32,000 nt of DNA. It comes from Pirellula staleyi DSM 6068 (GTDB lineage: Bacteria > Planctomycetota > Planctomycetia > Pirellulales > Pirellulaceae). A model generated the notes under the pieces. The model worked only from the letters and a program-made list of their open reading frames with translations, had not been told where the DNA came from and did not search any database. Where the stretch lies: assembly GCA_000025185.1 (NCBI GenBank), contig CP001848.1, forward strand, positions 4,080,001 through 4,112,000, written 5' to 3'. Position numbers and translations under genes: made by a program. Shown here one piece after another: positions 24,816 to 32,000 of the stretch; positions within the stretch are counted from its first letter, which is position 1, and each line of letters opens with the position of its first letter.

Positions 24816-25712
24816 ATGAAGATTGCCGTCCTCGCTTCTCCCGAAAGCTGGTACGTGCGCGATCTTGCGCGAGCGGCGGCCGCGCGGCACGAAATTGTGC
24901 AAGCTCCATTCGATCAAATCAGCAGCTGCACTGAATTCTCGGCTTCCCAAGCGAAATACGAAACGCACGTTTCGGCCGGGGCGATCGATCTCTCGAGTTT
25001 CGACGCAGTACTGGTCCGGACCATGCCTCCCGGATCGCTCGAGCAAGTCGTCTTTCGCATGGATGCCCTGGCAGCCCTCGAGCAAGCAGGCGTGCTGGTG
25101 CTGAATCCACCGAAGGCGATCGAGGCGGCTGTCGATAAATTCCTCACCACCGCGCGACTCGCCGCCGGTGGTCTACCGACGCCACGAACGCTTGTCTGTC
25201 AAACGGTCGACGCGGCCATGGAGGCCTTCGAAAGCTTTGGACGCGATGTGATCGTCAAACCGATTTTTGGCGGGGAAGGGCGGGGGATCACGCGCGTGAG
25301 CGACGACGCGATTGCCTGGCGGGTCTTTAGCACGATCATTCGGCTCCGCGCGGTGATTTACTTGCAGGAGTTTGTATCGCACTCTGGCTACGACCTGCGC
25401 GTGCTGCTGATTGGCGACGAGCCGTTTGCGATGCGTCGCGAAAGCGCGAGCGACTATCGCACCAACATCAGCCGTGGCGCGATTGGCAAGCCTCACAAGC
25501 TCACCGATGAAGAACTCGAACTCGCGCGGCGGTCGGCGAGTCTTATCGGCGCGCCTCTGGCGGGGGTTGATCTCCTGCGCGATGCCTCCGGCAAACTGTA
25601 CGTCATTGAGGTCAACGGTGTCCCTGGATGGCAAGCGACCAGTCGCGTGCTCGGCATCGATATCGCAGCGACAGTACTAGCGTATGTCGAAACGCTCGGA
25701 GGTAAGCGATGA
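24816..25712 (+). CDS. RimK-type ATP-grasp ligase, probably an H4MPT-pathway alpha-L-glutamate ligase (MptN-like)
   Basis: ATP-grasp motifs are present: VIVKPIFGGEGRGITRV, YLQEFV, DLRVLLIGDE and VDLLRDASGKLYVIEVNGVPGW. It starts 6 nt after the mch stop. The functional assignment is inferred from this context. Confidence 0.75.
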   Translation: MKIAVLASPESWYVRDLARAAAARHEIVQAPFDQISSCTEFSASQAKYETHVSAGAIDLSSFDAVLVRTMPPGSLEQVVFRMDALAALEQAGVLVLNPPKAIEAAVDKFLTTARLAAGGLPTPRTLVCQTVDAAMEAFESFGRDVIVKPIFGGEGRGITRVSDDAIAWRVFSTIIRLRAVIYLQEFVSHSGYDLRVLLIGDEPFAMRRESASDYRTNISRGAIGKPHKLTDEELELARRSASLIGAPLAGVDLLRDASGKLYVIEVNGVPGWQATSRVLGIDIAATVLAYVETLGGKR

Positions 25713-27397
25713 CGAGCGAGGTCGTGAACGTGGCCGCGAGGCTGACGCTCTGTGCCCAGCAGCGTCCTGACGATCTGGCAGTGATCATGCCAGGAGGACG
25801 TCGCTCCGATGGCAAAGCAAAGTACAAGACGATTTCGTTTGCCGATCTCGATCGGGACAGCAGCACCATTGCCTCGGGGCTTCTGTCCCACGGACTGCGC
25901 CCCGGGATGCGTGTGGTACTGATGGTTCCTCCCTGCATCGACTTCATCACACTCGTCTTCGCCACGTTCAAAGCGGGGCTGGTGACGGTGCTGATCGATC
26001 CCGGTATGGGACGCTGGAACTTGATCCAGTGTCTCGAGGAATCCCGCCCCGAAGCTTTCATCGGCATTCCTCTGGCGCATGCAGTTCGGTGCCTGTTTTC
26101 CCGTCGTTTTCCGCTCCTCAAGCACTTGGTGACGGTGGGTAGACGTTGGTTTTGGGGAGGGGCGACGCTCGACGACATTCGCCGGAAAGCAGCTGCTGAT
26201 TTTGCGATCGCTCCCACGCAAGCCAGCGATGCAGCGGCGATCATTTTTACGACCGGGAGTACCGGACCTCCTAAAGGGGTGCTCTATCGGCATGGAAATT
26301 TTGATCGGCAAGCGACCGAGATTCGCGACTTCTATGGCATCGAGCCAGGCGGAGTCGATCTCTCGGGATTTCCCCTCTTTGCGCTCTTCAATGCCGCGAT
26401 GGGGATGACCACGCTGATTCCCGAAATGGATGCCACCAAACCAGCACTAGTCGATCCTCGGAAAATCATCGAAGCGGTCCGCGACTGGAAGGTGAACCAG
26501 GCGTTTGGTTCGCCAGCGCTCTGGAATCGTGTCGGTCGCTACTGCGAAACAAGTGGCGAGAAACTTCCGACACTCAGGCGTGTCCTTTCGGCCGGTGCGC
26601 CGGTGCCGGTGCATGTTCTCCAGCGACTCAAAAAAGTGATTCATCCAGAAGGAGATATCCATACTCCTTATGGCGCGACCGAAGCATTGCCGGTTGCCTC
26701 GATTGCAGCGAGCGAAGTTCTCCGCGAGACCGGCGCGCTGTCAGCGGAAGGGAAAGGGACCTGTGTCGGGCGTAAGTTCCCAGGGATCGAGTGGAAAGTG
26801 ATTGCGATCAGCGACGGTCCGATCGACTCGATCGAGCAAGCGACAATGCTGGCCGATGGCGAGATCGGTGAACTGATCGTCCGTGGTCCGGTCGTTACAT
26901 CGGAGTATGTGACGCGCACCGATTGCAATCCCCTTCACAAAGTGCGCGACGGGAATTCGTTCTGGCATCGCATGGGAGATGTCGGTTATTTGGCGGAGGA
27001 TCCTCAGCATGCGGGGGAAAAACGATTTTGGTTTTGCGGACGTAAATCGCACCGAGTCCTGACGCCTGATGGAACGCTTTACACCATTCCTTGCGAGGCG
27101 ATTTTCAATCAGCATGCCAGAATCTATCGCAGCGCGCTGGTGGGGATCGGTAAGCCGGGAGAGCAGCGCCCGGTGATGATTGTCGAGCCATGGCCGGAGC
27201 AGTTCCCTACATCCTCGAAGGACAAGCGGCAGCTGATCGAGGAGCTTAAATCGCTCGGGCAAACCTACGACCATACGCGCGCGATCAGCGACATCCTGGT
27301 GATGCGGGCGATGCCGGTCGATATTCGCCACAATGCGAAGATTTTCCGAGAAAAACTGGCCCCTTGGGCCGCCAAACAGCTCGGGATTCGCACGTAA
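25709..27397 (+). CDS. ANL-superfamily adenylate-forming enzyme (fatty-acid-CoA-ligase-family / OleC-like branch)
   Basis: The AMP-binding motifs are [19 protein letters not shown] and HRMGDVGY, plus the C-terminal [16 protein letters not shown]. As I recall, that overall pattern marks the OleC/peptide-synthase-like subgroup. Its ATG overlaps the ATP-grasp stop (ATGA at 25709-25712), with GGAGG upstream. Confidence 0.85.
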   Translation: MTSEVVNVAARLTLCAQQRPDDLAVIMPGGRRSDGKAKYKTISFADLDRDSSTIASGLLSHGLRPGMRVVLMVPPCIDFITLVFATFKAGLVTVLIDPGMGRWNLIQCLEESRPEAFIGIPLAHAVRCLFSRRFPLLKHLVTVGRRWFWGGATLDDIRRKAAADFAIAPTQASDAAAIIFTTGSTGPPKGVLYRHGNFDRQATEIRDFYGIEPGGVDLSGFPLFALFNAAMGMTTLIPEMDATKPALVDPRKIIEAVRDWKVNQAFGSPALWNRVGRYCETSGEKLPTLRRVLSAGAPVPVHVLQRLKKVIHPEGDIHTPYGATEALPVASIAASEVLRETGALSAEGKGTCVGRKFPGIEWKVIAISDGPIDSIEQATMLADGEIGELIVRGPVVTSEYVTRTDCNPLHKVRDGNSFWHRMGDVGYLAEDPQHAGEKRFWFCGRKSHRVLTPDGTLYTIPCEAIFNQHARIYRSALVGIGKPGEQRPVMIVEPWPEQFPTSSKDKRQLIEELKSLGQTYDHTRAISDILVMRAMPVDIRHNAKIFREKLAPWAAKQLGIRT

Positions 27398-27510
27398 CTG
27401 GTGGCGACCGCCCCTCGCCCAGGACTAGGCCTCTGGCTACACTAATTGACTTTGCCACACGCGGCCAATGTTGGCCGAACACCTCTGAAACACTCTCCAG
27501 GTTGGATGCC

Positions 27511-28614
27511 ATGAAAGCCGTTGCTGTCTATCCCGGTAAGCCAAACAGCGTGCATCTTGAAGATATTCCCAAACCCTCCCTCAGCGATGTGAAGGACGGG
27601 AAAGGGGTGCTGGTGAAGGTGCTGAAAGTGGGTGTCGACGCGACCGATCGCGAGATCAACGACGCACTTTATGGCAACGCCCCCTCAGGCTTTAACTACC
27701 TCGTGCTGGGGCATGAGTCGTTCGGCGTGGTGGAAGCTGTCGGACCGAACGTCCGCCGTGTGAAGCCGGGTGACTATGTCACGGCCACGGTCCGTCGTCC
27801 TGGTGGTTCGATCTACGACATGATCGGCACCAACGACATGACGAGCGAAGAGACCTACTACGAGCGCGGCATCAACCTGCGTCACGGATACCTCACCGAG
27901 TACTTCGTCGACGAAGAAGAATACATCGTGCGGGTGCCGCAAGGTCTCAAGCATTTGCACGTGCTGATGGAGCCAATGAGCTGCGCTGCCAAAGCGGTGC
28001 ACCAAGCTTATGAATGTCAGCGTCGTCTGAAGGTTTGGCGTCCCCAGCGCGCATTTGTGATGGGGGTGGGCCAGATTGGTATTCTCGCCACGCTGATCCT
28101 GAAATTGCGCGGACTCGATGTCTACGCCTTTGCTCGCTCGAAGCATGGCACGCTCAACAGCCAGATCATCGAGGGGCTCGAAGCCAAGTATGTCAGCACG
28201 AGCGAAACCTCGGTCGAAGAGGTGGTGAAGCAAGTGGGCAAGGCCGATTTGATTCTCGACGCCACTGGCAACAGCGCGATTGCATTCGACAGCATGCGGC
28301 ACCTCGGGCATAACGGCGTGCTCGTTTGGGCCAGCATCACCGGTGGTCAGAAATCGACCGAAGTCCCCTCTGATAAGATCAACATCGAGTGGGTGCTCGG
28401 CAACAAACTGCTCGTGGGGAGCGTGAACGCTAATCGCCACCATTTCGAGATGGGAATCAATGATCTGGCGATGGGGGAAATGCTTTATCCCGGCGTGCTC
28501 CAGCGCATTCTGACGAACCCTGTGGAAGGGCTCGACAACTACCAGGAAATGATCCGGCTGCTGGTGGAAGAAAAGTCGGCGCTCAAGGTCTACATGAATA
28601 TCGCCGCTGAGTAG
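27511..28614 (+). CDS. Glucose-1-dehydrogenase-like zinc MDR dehydrogenase (archaeal GlcDH type)
   Basis: The sequence runs [22 protein letters not shown]...[10 protein letters not shown]...[13 protein letters not shown]...GVGQIGILA. Its length and pattern resemble archaeal glucose dehydrogenases. I prefer the ATG at 27511 over the track start at 27364, which overlaps the upstream gene. Confidence 0.7.
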   Translation: MKAVAVYPGKPNSVHLEDIPKPSLSDVKDGKGVLVKVLKVGVDATDREINDALYGNAPSGFNYLVLGHESFGVVEAVGPNVRRVKPGDYVTATVRRPGGSIYDMIGTNDMTSEETYYERGINLRHGYLTEYFVDEEEYIVRVPQGLKHLHVLMEPMSCAAKAVHQAYECQRRLKVWRPQRAFVMGVGQIGILATLILKLRGLDVYAFARSKHGTLNSQIIEGLEAKYVSTSETSVEEVVKQVGKADLILDATGNSAIAFDSMRHLGHNGVLVWASITGGQKSTEVPSDKINIEWVLGNKLLVGSVNANRHHFEMGINDLAMGEMLYPGVLQRILTNPVEGLDNYQEMIRLLVEEKSALKVYMNIAAE

Positions 28615-28643
28615 TTGCTACCAAAAGCTACGTAATTCCCAAT

Positions 28644-28701
28644 AAAAAACGCCCGTTTTGCCAAGCTTCATCGAAGTGGGCAACGCGGGCGTTTTCGTTT
28701 T
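28644..28701. terminator. Bidirectional intrinsic terminator between convergent genes
   Basis: AAAACGCCCG (28646-28655) pairs with CGGGCGTTTT (28686-28695). Inner helices pair TTGCC with GGCAA and CTTC with GAAG. An A-run lies upstream and CGTTTTA downstream. Confidence 0.6.
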
Positions 28702-28737
28702 ATGAGGAAATGAAAAGCAGGTTTTGCGCGTAGCCTA

Positions 28738-29847
28738 TCATCCAGCCATTCGTGAGCTGCGTCGCACCACTTGCGAGCGGCGGCTGAAGTGAGGTCCTCG
28801 CAGGACATCGGCCGCTTCGTCGATGCGGCGCGTTTGATCGGCGCGATCCCAGCGATGGGCGGCAATCGACTCGAGAATCTGCTCAGCAACTGCCAGTGCA
28901 TCGCGGCCATCACGCCCCGAAACTCGCACACGCTCGCGACCTGCAATCGCCGAGAGGAAGTTCTTTTGCTCGTCGAGGATCGCGTTGTTGTCGATCACCG
29001 GCAACTGCGACAGGCGAAGATGCTCTTCGAACAGCTTGTCCTTGATCTGATTTTTCTCGTCGAGCGAAAGACGATTCACATCGATCTCGCCGCGCAAAAT
29101 TGCTTCGGTGGGGCTGACGAGTTTGGCTGTCTTCGCGCCGTAGTCGATCTGGGCATAACCTTCGCTCCAGTGGACCAGCATCGAGCGCTGCGGAGCCAGG
29201 CTCACACGCGACGCAGAGATGTTCACCACACAGCCCCCTTCGAACGTGAGCCGGGCTTGCGCCCAGTCTTCGTGGGGACCAAAGACCGCTGCACCCAGGG
29301 CATCGATACTGACGATTTCATCGCGCACGAGGCTGAGGACGACGTCGATATCGTGGATCATCAGGTCGAGCACAACGCCGACATCGGTGCTGCGACAGGT
29401 GTAAGTGCCATTACGCACCGCTTCGATGTACTTGGCATCGCCAATGTGCGGGGCTGCAGCTTCCAGGGCCGGATTAAACCGCTCGACATGCCCCACTTGA
29501 AGCTGCAGCGAGCGCGCATCGGCCGCAGCAATCAGCTGATCGGCATCTTGCGAGGTGAGGGTGATCGGCTTCTCGACGAGCACATGAATGCCACGCCGCA
29601 AAAGATCGAGCGCTACAGCGTGATGGTACTTGGTGGGGCTCGCCAGAATCGCAGCATCGATTTGGCCATAGAGTTCGGCGTGCGACGCAAGGGGAGTCAC
29701 CTGCAGCTGAGCAGCGACCGCTTCGCGAGCTTCTGCCACCGGATCGACCACGGCGACGAGTTCTGCCTGCTCGTGCGTTTTCGCAAGGCGAGCGTGAATT
29801 TTGCCGAGATGTCCGGTACCGATCACTGCGAGACGTGTTTTGTTCAT
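28738..29847 (-). CDS. Gfo/Idh/MocA family oxidoreductase, possibly a UDP-GlcNAc 3-dehydrogenase (GnnA-like)
   Basis: It has the Rossmann segment RLAVIGTGHLGKIHARL and the EKP motif (VLVEKPITL). Its ATG overlaps the lpxA stop (ATGA at 29844-29847). The GnnA assignment is inferred only from this coupling. Confidence 0.8.
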   Translation of the reverse strand: MNKTRLAVIGTGHLGKIHARLAKTHEQAELVAVVDPVAEAREAVAAQLQVTPLASHAELYGQIDAAILASPTKYHHAVALDLLRRGIHVLVEKPITLTSQDADQLIAAADARSLQLQVGHVERFNPALEAAAPHIGDAKYIEAVRNGTYTCRSTDVGVVLDLMIHDIDVVLSLVRDEIVSIDALGAAVFGPHEDWAQARLTFEGGCVVNISASRVSLAPQRSMLVHWSEGYAQIDYGAKTAKLVSPTEAILRGEIDVNRLSLDEKNQIKDKLFEEHLRLSQLPVIDNNAILDEQKNFLSAIAGRERVRVSGRDGRDALAVAEQILESIAAHRWDRADQTRRIDEAADVLRGPHFSRRSQVVRRSSRMAG

Positions 29848-30650
29848 GCCGCTCTTCGACGATCGCGACCGCGACCGTTGCGTCCTTCGTGCTGATTTTG
29901 CAGGAACGAAATCAGATGATTTACTGCTGGCAGAAGTTGGTCGTTGGCCCGGAGCAGCTCGCGAGCATGATCGAGACCGACGCGGGCACGGTAGATCAAG
30001 CGATGGGCTTCGCTCAAGGCGCGAATCGCATCGCTGGTGAACTGGTGGCGTTTGAGCGCGACGATATTGATGCAGCGCGGCCGCGAAGGATTTCCCTCGG
30101 CGAGCATGTACGGTGGAACGTCGTGCAGCACGCGGCTGAGTCCACCCGTAAAGCTATAGCTGCCAATCGTGCTGAAATGATGCACGGCAACACCGCCCGA
30201 GATTGTGGCGTCGTCTTGCACGTGAACATGCCCACCCAAGAGTGTGGCATTGGCCATGATCACGCGGCTGCCGACGCGGCAATCGTGGGCAATGTGGCAT
30301 CCGGCCATGATGAAACAGCCGTTGCCGAGCGTCGTGAGGCCATCCTCTTTTTCGCTCCCCCGATTGATCGTCACCCCTTCGCGGATGATGTTGCGATCGC
30401 CAATCAGCACTTCGGTATCGGTACCTTGATAGCTGATATCTTGCGGATCGCCACCAATGACGGCCCCAGGAAAAATAATGTTTTCCTCGCCGATGGTAAC
30501 GGTTCCTTGCAGCGTCACGCCGCTGAGAAGTTTCGTTCCCCGTCCGATTTTGACTTGGGGTCCGACGACGCAAAACGGTCCGATGGTTACATCGTCGGCT
30601 AGTTCAGCGCGACGATCAACCACCGCGTGCGTGTCTACATGGACTGCCAT
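29844..30650 (-). CDS. lpxA: Acyl-ACP--UDP-N-acetylglucosamine O-acyltransferase
   Basis: The 268-aa ORF has an N-terminal left-handed beta-helix of hexapeptide repeats (VDRRAELADDVTIGPFCVVGPQVKIGRGTKLLSGVTLQGTVTIGEENIIFPGAVIGGDPQD) and a C-terminal helical domain (NIVALKRHQFTSDAIRAL). Confidence 0.9.
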   Translation of the reverse strand: MAVHVDTHAVVDRRAELADDVTIGPFCVVGPQVKIGRGTKLLSGVTLQGTVTIGEENIIFPGAVIGGDPQDISYQGTDTEVLIGDRNIIREGVTINRGSEKEDGLTTLGNGCFIMAGCHIAHDCRVGSRVIMANATLLGGHVHVQDDATISGGVAVHHFSTIGSYSFTGGLSRVLHDVPPYMLAEGNPSRPRCINIVALKRHQFTSDAIRALSEAHRLIYRARVGLDHARELLRANDQLLPAVNHLISFLQNQHEGRNGRGRDRRRAA

Positions 30651-30689
30651 GGAACGAGTATTTCTTCTGGAACTTGGCCGGGCTAGAAA

Positions 30690-31550
30690 CTAGCCAGTGC
30701 GACGCAATCCTTGTTCGATGCGACCTTCCACCAGAAGGGCTCGCACGAGTTCGGCATTCAGCCGATGTCCACTGCGATGGGCAGTGAAATGCCCCACGAG
30801 ATCGCATCCTGACAGGGCCAAATCTCCGACGAGATCGAGCGCTTTATGCCGGACGCATTCATCGGTGAAGCGGAGTTCGTTATCGATGGGGCCTTCGTCG
30901 CCGAAGACCAAAATATCTTGATTCGTGACTCGCGTTCCGAGTCCCCGACTCCGAAGCCAATCGGCTTCGTCTTTCAGGATGAACGTGCGGGCCGACGAGA
31001 GCTCGTCGGTGAACGTTTCGGGAGTCACGGTCATTTCAATCGTTTGGCGGCCAATTGGTGTCGATGGTCCGTAGTCGAGGCGATACTTGATCGACAAGTT
31101 GCCGCTGCTCGAAGGACGGGCTTCGACCCACGCATCGTCGTTACCCACACGAGTGATCTCGGGGACAACAAGTCGCGCCCGGGGCTGCTTGAGTTTCTCG
31201 GTCCCTACGGATTGCAGGGCATCCACAAAAGCTTTGCTCGAGCCGTCGCAGCCAGGCATTTCGGCGGCATCGACCCAAACTTCACAGTTGTCGATCGAAA
31301 GCCCCATGAGGGCAGCCAGGATGTGCTCGACCATCTCGACCTGCGCACCATCGGCAGAGAGCGTGGTGCGCCGAGGAGTTTCGATACGGTGATTAACGGT
31401 GGCTGGAATTCGCCGTGGACGATCGAGATCGTGCCGGACAAACACGATGCCTGTTCCAGCGGCGGCGGGGCGGAAATCGACGTTAACGTCGCGCCCACTC
31501 CAATAACCAAACCCGGCCACATTTACGGCCCGGGCAACCGTTCGCTGCAT
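30690..31550 (-). CDS. lpxC: UDP-3-O-acyl-N-acetylglucosamine deacetylase
   Basis: It aligns with E. coli LpxC at the catalytic motifs: VEHILAALMGLSIDN (E78/H79 region), VRHKALDLVGDLAL (H238/D242 region) and AHRSGHRLNAELVRALL (H265 region). I prefer the ATG at 31550 (MQRTVARAV...) over 31598. There is no FabZ fusion. Confidence 0.9.
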   Translation of the reverse strand: MQRTVARAVNVAGFGYWSGRDVNVDFRPAAAGTGIVFVRHDLDRPRRIPATVNHRIETPRRTTLSADGAQVEMVEHILAALMGLSIDNCEVWVDAAEMPGCDGSSKAFVDALQSVGTEKLKQPRARLVVPEITRVGNDDAWVEARPSSSGNLSIKYRLDYGPSTPIGRQTIEMTVTPETFTDELSSARTFILKDEADWLRSRGLGTRVTNQDILVFGDEGPIDNELRFTDECVRHKALDLVGDLALSGCDLVGHFTAHRSGHRLNAELVRALLVEGRIEQGLRRTG

Positions 31551-31856
31551 TCGCAAGGTTGTGCTCAAGGGACGTTCTACTTCAGCGGTGTAGTGCAAAC
31601 GAGAACAACAGGAGTTGTCGACAAGCTGCGAGTCGCGAGGCTACTGTTCTTCGGCGGAATTTCAACGTTTTGAAAGCCAGCCCAGAGAAGTTGCGGTGCG
31701 AGAAGCGATCGTGTTGAGGAATCGCTTGTAGGTTTTTTCTGCGTATCGTTCGTTGCCGAGGCGACAGCTTAACAGTGCTGGCAGGTAAGTGAGCTGGAGC
31801 CTCTCGCGAGGAGAGGCCAACCGCTACTTGGCATAGCACTGCAAGCGTGCTGGCGA

Positions 31857-32000
31857 CTAACGAGTGCGTGGGACTTGAGGTCCGACAGGATTCGGACGCG
31901 AGATGCTACCTTGTGGGCCAGGGCTTGGTCCTGGAGCAGGTGCTGCTGGAGCATTGGCGTTGAGCATCTGCAGCACGAACTCGGTGATGTCGAGGTTCAT
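31857..32000 (-). CDS. Possible 3' end of an OmpH/Skp-family periplasmic chaperone gene; the 5' part lies beyond the window
   Basis: An open frame runs in from the window edge: ...NLDITEFVLQMLNANAPAAPAPGPSPGPQGSISRPNPVGPQVPRTR then a stop. The DIT-x-x-V-L motif resembles OmpH C-termini, and skp commonly precedes lpx genes. Only 47 codons are visible. Confidence 0.3.
   Translation of the reverse strand: MNLDITEFVLQMLNANAPAAPAPGPSPGPQGSISRPNPVGPQVPRTR

Noticed and set aside
28771-30602. 374-aa and 255-aa ORFs on the + strand (28771-29895 and 29835-30602)
   Set aside because: They are antisense to the Gfo/Idh/MocA gene and lpxA, both of which have strong family motifs. The + strand translations have no recognisable domains.
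30846-31673. 275-aa ORF on the + strand
   Set aside because: It is antisense to lpxC, whose catalytic motifs align with E. coli LpxC.

Overview
This high-GC chromosomal window reads as Planctomycetota, probably Pirellulales-like. The markers are a PSCyt/DUF1549/DUF1553 protein paired with a Tat-signal DUF1501 protein, Tat-signal xylose-isomerase-like TIM-barrel and Gfo/Idh/MocA oxidoreductases, the H4MPT gene mch, and a Rho factor with a poly-Gly/Arg N-terminus. I can support about 28 protein-coding genes. Housekeeping genes are rimO, pgsA, trpF, rho, lpxC and lpxA. Accessory genes are a tandem-BMC shell protein, a BSP-type peptidase, a PhyH dioxygenase, an FHA-GAF histidine kinase, a thioredoxin/YHS-like protein, DinB, a DtxR-family repressor, and mch followed by an ATP-grasp enzyme, an ANL adenylating enzyme and an MDR dehydrogenase. 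I saw no rRNA, tRNA, CRISPR array, transposase or integrase. Most long ORFs in the track that lie opposite these genes are high-GC shadow ORFs. The most unusual signal is non-coding. A 1.4-kb gene-free gap (11662-13055) holds four tandem 51-53-nt hairpins. Each is a 21-22-bp stem capped by the identical 9-nt loop AGGGAGAGG. The stems differ between copies by compensatory changes, and 16 G-U pairs work only in the + sense. A sigma54-type -24/-12 element (GG-N10-GC) and an upstream palindrome lie about 190 nt 5' of the first hairpin, and the fourth hairpin is followed by a U-rich tract. Other points are an orphan tandem-BMC shell gene, a roughly 1.15-kb pyrimidine-rich gene-free region before rho, an mch operon translationally coupled to an OleC-like adenylating enzyme, and lpxA overlapping a Gfo/Idh/MocA (GnnA-like) gene. 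All calls come from reading the sequence and translations by eye; no database search or folding program was run.
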